Shown: positions 27,106 to 40,342, counted from the stretch's first letter. The stretch is 64,000 bases of DNA from Octopus vulgaris (GCA_951406725.2 OX597814.1:10292001-10356000); one strand, 5' to 3'. The notes: generated from the letters alone by a model not told the origin. Translations and numbers: made by a program.

Positions 27106-27924
27106 TTAATACACACACACATACACTCACACACACATATATATGTACAAACTGGTACTTATTTTATTCACCTGGTTAGTATGAAAGGCAACGTCGACCT
27201 TGGTGGTATTTGAGCTCAAAATATGAAGCAACAAGAAATGCCACTAAGCTGTTTGTGCAACATGCTAACAATTCTTCCAGCTCGCCTCCTTTTAATGATA
27301 TTAATATTTACTGTCGTTAAAAGACGGCGGGCTTACAGAATCGTTACCATCCTGAGCTAATTACCGAGTGGCATTTCGAGTTCAGATTCCACCGAAGTGG
27401 ACTTCGGCTTTTGTCCCTTTCGGTGATGTAATTTGCTTAAACCTTTCTCCGAAACTGGTAGGCAGTACCAGAATTTGAAACCATTGTTTACTGCCATTAA
27501 ACTAATTTTCACAATTGATATTGCCACTAGTAGAAGATCCTACCGCTTTTTCTTTGCAACGTAAAATATACATACGAAGAGTTCCTTTTCGTGTTATCTT
27601 TTTGAAACAATAGATTCTGGAATAATTTTCTTGCTGCCTACCTTTTCAATAGATCATTTAATGATTTGAACTCCTTACTACAAATTTAGGAAACTCTGCA
27701 CAGTCATTTTTATAGTTCAGTCGTGTGCCGAGGATAAAAGAGAATTCGAAATTCTATGACGAAGGAATAATCTATTTAGAATTTGCAAATACTACTTTTA
27801 ATTACACAGACAATAACTAATTTCTTTAGACATCATATTTTCTGTCTTTAACGTTTATCTGATTATGCTAACTATCAAGAAAATTGATTAAGGAACACTT
27901 GCATACATCAATATACAGGTCACC

Positions 27925-28316
27925 ATCGTTAGCCGGGCGAAATGATCAGCGGTATTTTGTCTGTCGTTAGGTTCCGAGTTCAAATTCCGCCGAGGTCGAC
28001 TTTGCCTTCCATCCTTTCGGGGTCGATAAATAGAGTACCAGTTACGCACTGGGGTCGATGTAATCGACTTAATCCGTTTGTATGTCCTTGTTTGACCCCT
28101 CTGTGTTTAGCCCCTTGTGGGTAGTAAAGAAATAGGTGTTTCGTCTGTCGTTACGTTCTGAGTTCAAATTTCGCCGCGGTCGACTCTGCCTTTCATCCTT
28201 TCGGGGTCAATCAAATAAGTACCTGTTACGCACTGGGGTCGATGTAATCGATTTAATTCCTTTGCCTGTCCCTGTTTGATCCCTCTATGTTTAACCCTCT
28301 ATGGGCAATAAAGAAA
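27925..28316 (+). mobile_element. Head-to-tail partial dimer of SINE A
   Basis: Junction AAAGAAATAGG|TGTTTCGTCTG at about 28137. TSD caatatacaggtc at 27909-27921 and 28318-28330. Confidence 0.9.
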
Positions 28317-28483
28317 GCAATATACAGGTCTCCTAACAATTACTGTAGTTGGTGTTATTTTAATACCATATCCATACATAGGGCGGCGGCATGTCAGAAC
28401 CGTTAGGCTTAGCGGCATTTCGTTCGTTTTTACGTCTTGAGTTCAAATTCTGCCGATGTCGATTTTGACAGATATCGAGGCGG

Positions 28484-28540
<57 letters not shown>

Positions 28541-28541
<1 letters not shown>

Positions 28542-29075
28542 TTTGTTGTACTCAAGACACATATGTTGTACTTTGAGTAAAGCATTGGATGATAGTTAAA
28601 CTTAAAATTGTTTAAAAGCCAGTACGCTGCAAATTAAAATAAGACTTGAAGCAGAAGGAAGACAGAACAATCGTTCACACTTTTATCTAATATTTTCATA
28701 TTTCGGGGTGGATCACTTTGTCAGGAGAAAATTGAGGATGCTGTGGAGCTGATATCTTGTACACAGATATCGAGGAGGAGCTTCTGATATGCCTAGAATT
28801 TGGTATTTTAAAATTATCAAACAAACTCTTTCAACTCTCTTGCCTGCATCTAATTGGAAGTTTCTGTTCATTAATGAGGATAGTTTCCTTGATCCATAAA
28901 TTAACGACATTACGTTCTGTTTGTCTGAAGATAATCGTAAGGTCTTCTTTGCGGTGTTTGTCAAGGTTCTTTGTTTTAATGGTGCCTTTATCTAGGTGTT
29001 TCTTGATGTGGCTATGTAGACCTCGGATAATGCTTTCGATACACTCAAGGCATTCCTCCCATCAACAACGTAGCA
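28541..29075 (-). mobile_element. Penelope-like element 3' end (GIY-YIG C-terminus plus pseudo-LTR) adjoining (TA)n
   Basis: Minus-strand HIKKHLDKGTIK...LTIIFRQTERNVVNLWIKETILINEQKLPIRCRQES* resembles the PLE endonuclease C-terminus (L.IKEA..I...KP.IN). It is followed by a decayed CTGA...GAAA motif at 28693-28731. Confidence 0.6.
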
Positions 29076-29111
29076 AGGTTCTCAACGCCTACACACATAT
29101 GTATGAATGTG

Positions 29112-29146
<35 letters not shown>

Positions 29147-29460
29147 TTACATATATATGTTCATACACACACGTATATGTGAGTGTATGTGTATGCTTAT
29201 ATGTATGGATGTAAATATATATATATATTTATTGTGGGACAGTTATCTCCCCTGTCAGTACATAGACATGTGCTTTTTGTGGCTATAAGGGCCTTTGACT
29301 CTAGTTTCTGGCAATGTAGGTACTACTCTGCACCCTCAGTCACTATTAGCGACGATTGAATTTTTCCTTTCCGGTTTTATATCGCGGGTAGTACCCTTTA
29401 TTATTATATGTATATATTAGTATATCTAAGCACTACATATACACACAATCATTCATATAT

Positions 29461-29511
<51 letters not shown>

Positions 29512-29752
29512 AGAATATGTATGTAGAAAGAGGAGAAAGGGGGACGAGTGATTTATGTTTTTATTAATATTTGTAAGGTGGGAGCTGGTTGAATCGTTAG
29601 CACGCCCGACAAAATGCTTAGCGGCGTTATTTCCAACTTTACTCTCTGAGTTCAAATTCTGATGAGATTTAGTTTGCCATTCATCTTCTCGGGATCGGTG
29701 AAATAAGTAATAGTTGAGCATAGAAAGGATAAAAGTTTTGCAACTGAATAGT

Positions 29753-29818
<66 letters not shown>

Positions 29819-29822
29819 TATA

Positions 29823-29861
<39 letters not shown>

Positions 29862-29919
29862 CTCTCTATCCATATATTTGTCTGTCTGTCTATCTATCTA
29901 TCTACCTATCTTTCCACAT

Positions 29920-29953
<34 letters not shown>

Positions 29954-30694
29954 ACACACACACACTCATTTATATATATATTGAGTGAAGTGAGATATAT
30001 ATAGAATGATACTTAGGTGCGCATAAGTGCACCATAATATAGGTATATATACTCTCGACTAATACTCTCTCGTCGTGTATTTATATCTTCCTCTATCTTT
30101 CATTATAAAATGATTTTATCTCTCTCTGATATTCAAACGCACACGTACTTCGAATTTCAGTCACGCACACATACACATACACTCACAAACACACAGCCAA
30201 AGAAACAAACTCATGCAATCGGTTGTCTTAAGGGCAATAAGTCTTTTGTTGCCGACTTTAACAATGGGAACTCTGTCGATAGCTGGAACATAGTTTATAG
30301 TCCATGCAGTACTCAAACAGATATGCCACCGTCACTCTTTGTCAGTGCTCGGAATAAAAAGTTCCTGTCGGAATTTCATTCGTATTGAAGTGGCAGCAAA
30401 TTTGATCAGAAGCCAAACACCTACTGACGAACGAATGTCTTCATACTGAAAGGTTTACGCATCTCTCACAACAACAGTTCACAAAAAGGCATGTACATAT
30501 AGGACCGAACAAAATAACAGTTGTTGTTGTTGGTATCAATATTAGTAGTGTTGTTGTTGTTGTTGTTGCTACTGCTGTTGTTGAGATTATTATTGCTGTT
30601 CTTATTTTTACCTTTTTTTTGTGAGCATTTTCCTTATAGTTCCTGTTTGCTTTTCATTTTGTATAAGATCTGGTAGTAATGATGGTAATGAGAA

Positions 30695-30915
30695 TGGCAG
30701 AAACGTTAGCACGCCGGGCGAAATGCGTAGCCGTATTTCGTCTGTCGTTACGCTCTGAGTTCAAATTCCGCCGAGGTCGACTTTGCCTTTCATCCTTTCG
30801 GGGTCGATAAATTAAGTACCAGTTACGCACTGGGGTCGATATAATCGACTTAATCCGTTTGTCTGTCCTTGTTTGTTCTCTCTGTGTTTAGCCCCTTGTG
30901 GGTAGTAAAGAAATA
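30695..30915 (+). mobile_element. Young SINE family A
   Basis: Consensus-like copy with a perfect 14-bp TSD ggtaatgagaatgg at 30684-30697 and 30916-30929. Confidence 0.95.
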
Positions 30916-31430
30916 GGTAATGAGAATGGTTATGGTGATCATATTATTTTCGCATTTAAGCTCCAGGTCAGCATATGCATGATTAAAAATGCCCCAGACA
31001 TACCCAACTTGCATTTTCATTTGGAAATAATACCCCATTTTCTAATGTGTTCTTTTCAAAGACTGTATGACGGAATATGAGAAATATTTAACTGTTATTT
31101 CATACAACAAGAGAAAGTTGTTGGGCTTTGACACTAATATTGTCGTTGTTACTGGTGTTGTTGTTGATGTTGGTGGTGTCGGCGGTTGTGGTAGTGTGGT
31201 AGTGTTTGTGGTGGTGTCGGTTGGATTGTTTAACGGTTTATTGGTGAGTGACGTGACATGCAAGAACGAAATTTGGTTTTGGAATATTGTTTCGCAAAGG
31301 CAAATAAACACAACATATAAAAGTAACTTGTTATGTCAACCACTTGTGCGGTGAAGATAATAAACTCAGGGAAGGATTGATGGACCTAACAGCGTACTGA
31401 ATTCCTATACACTAGCATTCCTGTTCTCCG

Positions 31431-31477
<47 letters not shown>

Positions 31478-32177
31478 AGTATTATGTATGTACATTTGTC
31501 TATACATACTTGTATATGTGCACGCATATATGCGTGCGTGTATAAATATGTATGTATGCTTGTGTATGTATGTAGATATATATGTAAGTTATATATACAT
31601 ATATGTGTGTGTGTGTATGTATGTATGTATGTATGTATAAATGTATGCATGTATGTATGTATGTATGTATGTATGCATGTATGTATAAATGTATGTATAT
31701 GTGAGTCAGGACAACACACAAACGCACACATGTACATGCTCAGTCACTCAGTGTAGATAATGTGTTACTGGACATAGGCATGAGCAAACAGATAATGCTA
31801 TAAACAAGACACGCCACCTACTGCATACCAAACATACACACATATACATATACAAAGGTACGCACGTACATATACAGGGTGATACATTTAATATCGGATT
31901 CCTGTGAAACTGGATATTATACTGATAGAAGTTTTAGGAGAGAAGTAGAGTTGTCGATTTTTGTGTAAATTTTATGTCTTCATTAAATTTATGGGAATGC
32001 AGGACTAAATCCCCACCCCACTCGCTTTCTGTTCATGAAGGTATTACATACGAAAACATATATACTTGCCTGCTACGCACAAATATTCTGCAGTACAGTA
32101 TTAGTACAACATAACACTGAAACAGATCACTGTTGACGAATCATATTTGTTAATCGAAACAGCTGTCAAGTACGCGT

Positions 32178-32220
<43 letters not shown>

Positions 32221-33443
32221 ATCATTTAGGCTTTAGTAATAGTGAATTTATGCGCAATGTCTCTGTAGAGAGGTAGAGAGGGCACTTAGTTGGTGAGGAA
32301 ATCCCGTTGTAAGGTTGAAACTGATTTGGCTATTTTATATAATGACATCACGCTTACATGTGTTTGTACATTTAGTGATGGCGCAAATTTATAGAATGTA
32401 ACTTGCAATGTTCTATATTATTCACTAATTCACTATATTATTCACTATGTTATTCACTAATGACTGAGTATATTTACAGTCGCATTGGTCATGGATCAGT
32501 TATTGTTATAATTATTGGTATTTATCTCAATTTCAAAAGGAAGCCTTTACACGAAAATTTGCAACATAACTCCTTATAGTAGGCGCAGACGTGGCTGTGT
32601 GTTAAATTTTCATCCTAGCCACATGGTTCCAGGTTCAGTCCTGCTTGAAACTTCGGGGCGAGTGTCTTCTGCTATATTCTCATCTCGACTTACCTTATAA
32701 CCTTATAAGTCCCTCTCTACTCCGATGGAAACCTGATGCTAGATGGCAGCATAGAAAACTAAAAACATCACGATGAGGATCATAGAAACTGAAGCACCAC
32801 CAAGCTGTTTGATCAGGACTGAAATACAAGTAAGCAACCACGAGAATTTATTTAATTGTTGACTCAGGGTTATAAGTTCCTTGACCATATTCTACAAAAA
32901 TGATCGTGATAATAATTGCCACAATGATTAATAATGGTGATAATAACAATACTTCTAATGATGATGATGATGATGATGGTAATTATAACAACAACATTGG
33001 CAGGCACCTCGATATCAACTGCACTCCAGCTTCGTATTTACCCTCTTACAAAGATTGTTCTTATGTTCTGTTTTCGATGTCTTCTTTCGATGTCAGAGTA
33101 CTGTATTTATGATTGAAGTAGCCTATTCTGTATGTGTGTGAGTGCTTATATGTATGTGTAAGTGGGTGTGTCTGTATGTGTGTGTGTCTGTGTATATGTA
33201 ATTTACTTGTACCTTCGTGCTTCTGTGAGTGTGAGTGTACGTAAGTGTGTGAACGTGTGTGTGTATGCCGAACGATCGTTAGGGTTAAGGTCAACAGAAG
33301 AACAACAGAAAAGACCTTAAGGTGTTATATGAGCGCATGATTGCACATAAAACCCGCACATACACTCACAGCACCCACACACATACATCACGACTCTCAC
33401 ATAATATATATATATATATAAATATGAATATAAATATAATATA

Positions 33444-33647
<204 letters not shown>

Positions 33648-34093
33648 TACACACACGTGTGTGTGCATCAACTTAACTCTGCTCTCTGATTACTGTGAGA
33701 GGTATAAGCAGGTTTTAAGGGATATACACAAGACAAGAGGTTGGAAAGATGTTTATTTCTGTGCTTCGTACAGCAAAATCTCTCGATATTTGAGAAAGCG
33801 AGGGCGGTGGGGAGAAAGAGAGATATAGAGGGAGAGAGAAATAGGGAGGGAGGGAGAGAGAGAGAGGGGGAAGGATACGAGGTGAGACAGACAATACTAG
33901 AGACATAATGAGAGATAGAGACAGAGACAGAGACGGAGAGAAAAATGGGGTTTGTGATATGGCTCCGCTTGTAGTTCATTACACGCCACAGTAGGCAGTG
34001 ATAATAGGTTTTAGTGTGTTGCTGATTGCCCGAAAGAATTGACCAAACTAGGGAGAAGATTGATACGACGCAGTCAAGAATTTATCGTGCAAA

Positions 34094-34129
34094 ATGACCT
34101 TTGGCTTCAGCCTGAGGCGGACTGAAGAA
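34094..34129 (+). CDS. Putative first coding exon (MTFGFSLRRTEE), possibly an alternative N-terminus
   Basis: CAAAATG start context, 12 codons, then a strong GTGAGT donor at 34130 (phase 0). It lies in a unique island downstream of a GA-rich tract. Confidence 0.4.
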
Positions 34130-34501
34130 GTGAGTGTAACCAGGGTTTCTATTTCTCTGAAGCACTTTTAAAAGGCAAACGTTTTCCATCTTCATTTTAC
34201 AGAATGTCAATATAAGTAGCCAAGCGTGGAGCTACAACTGTCATCTCCGGGCCTTCGCCGAATCAAGACTAGCAGAGTTTCGATTAATGAGGAATTAAGA
34301 CTACTTTCTTCTTTTTTCCTTTTCTTTTCCCTTTCTTTCTTTCTTTATATTCTACGTCCTCTTATTTTACTTCCCTTCCCCCACCACCATTTACATTTTC
34401 TTTCTTTTCTTCATTTTCTTTCCTTCTTAGCGCGCGAAACCCTTTCCCTTTCCCTGCAGTATCCCTTCTAATGCCAACAGCCTGAAACAATGACTGTAAC
34501 C

Positions 34502-34515
34502 ATAATAACAACAAC

Positions 34516-34550
<35 letters not shown>

Positions 34551-34552
34551 TA

Positions 34553-34622
<70 letters not shown>

Positions 34623-34642
34623 TAATAATAATAATAATAATT

Positions 34643-34709
<67 letters not shown>

Positions 34710-34711
34710 TA

Positions 34712-34778
<67 letters not shown>

Positions 34779-34798
34779 TAATAATAATAATAATAATT

Positions 34799-34856
<58 letters not shown>

Positions 34857-34921
34857 TAATAATAATAATAATATTAATAATAATAATAATAATAATAACA
34901 TTAATAATAATAATAATAATT

Positions 34922-34997
<76 letters not shown>

Positions 34998-35007
34998 TAA
35001 TAATAAT
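34502..35007. repeat. (TAA)n microsatellite with internal higher-order duplication
   Basis: The pattern of interruptions (gat...gat gat...aac...tgt) repeats with a period of about 156 bp. Confidence 0.95.
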
Positions 35008-35508
35008 AGGATGAAGTATAAAAACAACTGCTGCTACTATTAATACTATTACTACTATTGCTGCTGATTGTTCAGTAGGAAATAAAATAAAAAAAAGAAA
35101 TAAGAGAAGCAATAAGGACAACAGTAAACCAATGACAACGATAAAAACAATCATTATAGGTAGAAGGGCGTGTAAGTCCGGCAATCAAGATGAACGCCAG
35201 TTGTTTGTTGAAGGTGTAATGTTTAAAGACCAGAGAGAATGAAAAATAAAGATATAAAACGGGGAAAAAAAGAAGTAAAAAAAGAAAGGAAAGAAGGAAG
35301 GATGTGAAGAATAAAAACAGAAATAATACAAAGTAGACAACTAAAAGGAATGGAGTTGCTGATTTGAGTGGAATTTAAGAACAAGGACTAAGATGTCAGG
35401 AGTAGTGCAAACATAATACTTGTGAACAAACTGCACTACCTATATATGAGCATAACGAATCCCATTTATTTATAATAGTACATGAATATCCATCCATCCA
35501 CCCATATA

Positions 35509-35540
<32 letters not shown>

Positions 35541-35541
<1 letters not shown>

Positions 35542-35746
35542 TGGTAAAAACGGTAAGATAACAAAGGAAAGAAAGAGACCTCAATATTATGCAAATAGAG
35601 GAAATTTATCTGTAAAATAATATGTGGCAATTATTCAATAGCCCAAGATAAAACTCTGAGTTTCGGAAGTGGAAATCCACAACACCAACTCTTCGAAACT
35701 CAGAGTTTTATCTTGGCTATTGAATAATTGTCACATATTGTTTTAC

Positions 35747-35751
<5 letters not shown>
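35541..35751. mobile_element. Fold-back insert between (TA)n tracts, probably an inverted PLE terminus
   Basis: Arms 35607-35665 and 35694-35751 are near-perfect reverse complements; each has CGAAAC at its inner end. Confidence 0.6.
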
Positions 35752-35797
<46 letters not shown>

Positions 35798-35850
35798 TGT
35801 GTTAGTGCAAAGAGGAAAAATAGAACTCAAAATATGAGTATATGTATATT

Positions 35851-35978
35851 TTTATTAATATTTAGCAGAAGTAACAGAGTGACTCAAGGTCGGAGATTTT
35901 CGTACATTGGCAGTTATCAAAAGTTCCACGAATCTCTAGGACTTTGTGTCACTGTTACTTCTGCTAAACATCAATAAA
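35851..35978. repeat. Imperfect inverted repeat in an insert next to (TA)n
   Basis: tttattaatatttagcagaagtaacag... pairs with ...ctgttacttctgctaaacatcaataaa. Confidence 0.8.
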
Positions 35979-36188
35979 GGAATATATATATAAAGCTATA
36001 ACAGATATAAGTGCAAGCTAGCGAAGGAGATTATGGCACTATTGACTTTGGTCATTCATTAATTGATGATATGAAACAGCATACTCGCGAATCGCTTTAC
36101 TTAAAAGTACACGTATATTCTTGTGTGTGTGTGTGAGAGAGAGAGATAGTGAGTGTGTGTGTGCTCGCACGTGTGTGTGGGTGTCTGT

Positions 36189-36440
36189 GTATCTGAAAGA
36201 GTGTCAAATGGAAAAGGGAATAAAAGGAAGAAGAAGGAGACAAAGAAGAAAAAAAATGTGTTTACATTTTTGCAACTGGCCAGTCTTTCAATAGTAAATG
36301 ATTCTTAGAAATGGCAAATCCAGCTGGTCAATCATTTACTATTGAAAGACTGACAAGCTGCAAAGATATCAACAATTTTTTTTTCTTTCTCTCCTTCTTC
36401 TTCCTTTCCTTCTCTTTTCTCTAACACACCTTTCAGATAC
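36189..36440. repeat. Long imperfect inverted repeat (about 115-bp arms, 26-nt loop)
   Basis: Perfect 23-bp core at 36281-36303 / 36330-36352, extended by complementary purine and pyrimidine tracts out to gtatctgaaag / ctttcagatac. Confidence 0.85.
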
Positions 36441-36689
36441 AAACACACACACGGTCTCCCACTTTCTCCCCATTCCTCACCCTCTTGTACTATCTTATAT
36501 CTGTCCCCACCCCTACACACTCAATAATACTATAAAAAGAAACAAAATTCCTGCAAAAGTTCAATTTGACAACTCCACTAGAGTGGACAAAAGCGCTAAT
36601 TTATGATATATAATTTATAAAAACATGTAACATACTAATAAATATCTGTAAATATAAAACCATCCAGATTTCTGAGTACCTCATTTTTT

Positions 36690-36736
<47 letters not shown>

Positions 36737-36748
36737 CGTACGTATGTA

Positions 36749-36804
<56 letters not shown>

Positions 36805-36807
<3 letters not shown>

Positions 36808-37080
36808 TAATCCAAACGGGAAACAAAAAAAACAACAATGGAACAATTACAGTATTATTATTAATAGGCGCTCAGGAAATGGAAGCAGGGAGGTATGACG
36901 TTTCGAGCGGAGCTCTTCGTCGGAAACATAAAGAAGGAAGAGAGAGGAAAGAAAGATCCCGGAGCGGGCAACGGAGATAGAGAAAAAACGGCTGGTGTTA
37001 GGAGTAGCACATGGTGAAAGGCGGATGTTTACGATAACAAGAGCAAAGTGGGTTTTTAAAGGCAAAAGAGTGGAGACAAG
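36805..37080 (-). mobile_element. Penelope-like pseudo-LTR with a minimal hammerhead-like motif, adjoining (TA)n
   Basis: Minus strand 36893-36927 reads GTTT-CCGACGA-A-GAGC-TCC-GCTC-GAAA-CG-TC-ATAC, followed by TTCCTGAGCGCC as in the copy at 21561. Confidence 0.6.
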
Positions 37081-38244
37081 GTTGGTAACGCAACAGATGT
37101 GTGTGTATGTGTGAGTGTGTGCGTGTGCGTGTGTGTATGTGTGTGTGTGAGGCGAGGTAAAAAAACAAAAAATATATGTATGTGTTAGTGTGTGCGTCTG
37201 TGTGTAGGCGTGTGAGGTAGGGCGAGACGGTGGTCAGCATAGCAGCAGCATAGCAGACAAAGGTCAGTAGTGAGAAAAGGGAGGAAGGAGGAAGGGAGGG
37301 AGGGGAAGGGGTGGGGGCGTATGTAGCGTGCCAGCGTGTGTTGAGTAGTAGTGTGTGTGTGTGTCCAGTGTCGTGGTAGTATTAGTGGCGAGTAGATTGA
37401 ATGTGTGTAAGAGTGATGTATATGTTTAAGCAATGTGTGTATATGTGTGCGCGTGTGTGTAACGAAAAAAAGGGGGGGGTTAGGAAAAGGACTCCAGCGG
37501 AGGGGAAGATGGAAGAGTGGTCCCGCGGAGACGGGCGTGGGAAAACCCAACGACAAGCGACATCCCAGGAACGGGCGGGAGGTCTCGTCGGGTCCAAGGG
37601 CGAGGTGCATGCGGAGCGCATGCGTGCGCGAACCGGCGCAAACGCGTGTGTGCGAGAGCCTGCGAGTGTGCGCGTACGTATGTGTGCGTGTGGATGTGTG
37701 AGTGTGTCTGTGTGTATGTCTGGGTGGCAGTGTGTCCGATGAATGTATGTGAGTATGTGTGTATATATGTGTGTGCATAGATGTATGTCCGTGTGTGTGT
37801 GTGTGTGTGTATGTGTGTATGAGTGTGTATGTATGTACGTGTGGGTGTGGGGAAGTGTGTGTATGTGCATGTGTGTGCGCGAACATACAGGTGTGTGAGT
37901 GAGTGCGTGTGTGTGTATGTATGTGTGAGTGTGTATGTATGTGTGTGTAGGATGCATGTATGTGTATGGGTGTATGTATGCGTGTGTGTATGTATGTATG
38001 TGTACGTGCGTGTGTGTGTGTGTATGCGTGTAGGTGTGCGCGTGTGCATGTGTGCATGTATGTGCGTATGTGTGTGTGTGTGCATGTGTGTGGGTATATA
38101 TGTGTGTGCGTATATGTGTGTGTATGTGCGTACATGTGTGTGTGTGTGTGTGTGTGTGTAGGTGTGTAGGCGTGTGTGTATAGGTGTATGTATGTAAGTA
38201 TGTATGGGTGTGTCCGTGTATGTGTGTATGTATGTGTGTGTAGC

Positions 38245-38278
<34 letters not shown>

Positions 38279-39050
38279 TGTGTAGGTGTGTAGGCGTGTG
38301 TATATAGGTGTATGTATGTATGTCTGGGTGTGTCCGTGCATGTTTGTGTGTGTGTGTGTGTGCATGTGTATGTAGGTGTGTGTGTACGTGTGTAATGTGT
38401 GTGTGTCATGCATGTGTGTGCGCGTGCAGGTGAGTGTGTGTGTAAGTATGTGTGTGTGTATGTTTGTGTGAGTGTGTATGTGTGTATGTCTGTGTGTATG
38501 TATGTGCGTATAGGAGTATGTAGGTATGTGTGTGTGTATGTATATGGGTGTATGTATGTATGTGTGTGTGTGTGCATGTGTATAAGTATATGCGTGTGTG
38601 CGTATGTGTGTGTATGTGTATGTGTGTGTGTTTATGTATGTGTGTATGTATGTGTGTAGGCGTGAGTGTGTAGATGTATGTATGTATGGGTGTGTGTCAG
38701 TGTGTGTTTGTGTGTGTGTAGGTAGATGTGTGTGTCTGAGTGAGGGTATGGCTGTGTAGGTGTGTGTGTGTATGAATGTAAGTGTGTGTGTATACAAGTG
38801 TAATGTATGTATGTGGGTGTGTGTGTGTGTGTATGTGTACGTGTGCGTGTGTATGTGTGTGTGTGTATGCGTGTGAGTGTGGGTGTATGGGTGTATGTCT
38901 GTGTGTGTGTGTGTCTGAAGTGGGTATGTGTGTGTATGTATGTATGTGTGTGTGTGTGCGGGTATGTGTGTGTGTGTATGTGTGTGTGTGAGTAGGTGTG
39001 CGTGTATGTATGTGGGTAGGGATGCATGCGAGTGTGTGGGTATGTATGCA
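37080..39050. repeat. 2-kb degenerate GT/GTAT-rich low-complexity tract with GC-rich islands
   Basis: Read directly; non-repetitive CpG-rich islands at about 37480-37680 and 39050-39190. Confidence 0.85.
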
Positions 39051-39204
39051 AACATACGCAAGCGCACATCCGAAGCAAGCCCACACACACGAAGCGCGCT
39101 CACGCACACAACGCACAAGCAGTGCAACGCAAGCCCAAAGGGGCCGACCGAGCCCCCAGCGCGCGCCAAGGCGCGCGAGCGTACACGTACGTAAGTATAC
39201 TTAT

Positions 39205-39570
39205 ATAGGTTTTATGTGCTTCTCAGCCACATGGATCTAGGTTCAGTCCCACATGGAGGCACTTTGGGCTAGTGTCTTCTACTATCGCCTCGGGCTGACC
39301 AAGGTCTTGTGGGTGGATTTGGTAGACGGAAACTGATAGAAATTTTTGTATGCATATGTGTGAGCGTACATATGTGTGTATGTATGTGTGTGTGTATGTG
39401 TGTTTGACCACTGATGTTAATCTCTTTGCATGCCCGTAACATAGCGATTCGGCATAGAGCTCGATAGAACAAGTAACAGGCTTTTAAAAGGTAAGTATTG
39501 GGGTCATTCTTCGAGGCGGTGCTCCAGGACGGCCGTAGTGTAACGACTGAAACAAGTAACAGATAAAAGA
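39205..39570 (+). mobile_element. SINE family B, diverged
   Basis: gttcagtcccac...ttgggctagtgtcttctactat...gtggatttggtagacggaaactga...gactgaaacaagtaa. Confidence 0.8.
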
Positions 39571-39600
39571 ACACGTACATAGACGAGCAAGGACAAAATA

Positions 39601-39664
<64 letters not shown>

Positions 39665-40342
39665 ATATATATACGGAAGGTACGAATAACTAGGTATGCG
39701 TGTAAGGAACAAGATGTAGCAAGGATTTACATAGGCGTATTAAAATGAAGTGAAATTAGGTGATCTTATTCTTGTAGTTAGTTTAAGAGTCGATCTATGT
39801 GCAAGTTGTCAACGTATCAGCGTTATAGTAATCAGTTCTAGGAAAAAATCTTTGCACGTTCTAATGTAACATTGTTGATGTATGTCAACACTGATCTATG
39901 TCATTACGCTTTACATGTCACTGAAAAACTTAGAGGCGCAAGATTATGTTGTAACGTATGTAGGTATGTATTTCGTGTTAGTATGTCTGTATGCTTCATT
40001 GTGTGTGTGTGTGTATGCATATATGTACGTATATGCATATATGCGTGCATATATACATATATATGTATATATATGTTTATATATATGTATATATATATGT
40101 TTATATATATATGTTTATATATATATGTATATATATGTATATATATATAAACATATATATATACAAATATATGTATATATATATATGCACACATATATGT
40201 ATATATGTACATATATACATGCACATGCACACACATATATATACATATATATATATTCCCATACACATGTATATCGACACATATAAGAGTGTGTGCATGA
40301 TTATATATATTATATATATATATATATGTGTGTGTGTGTATG

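Noticed and set aside
37382-39169. 595-aa His/Thr-rich ORF on the minus strand with a hydrophobic N-terminus
   Set aside because: CA-rich low-complexity DNA rarely contains stop codons, overlapping frames are also open for hundreds of codons, and no domain is recognisable.
39160-39200. Helitron 3' terminal hairpin
   Set aside because: The GC hairpin is present, but there is no CTRR terminus at the expected distance on either strand.
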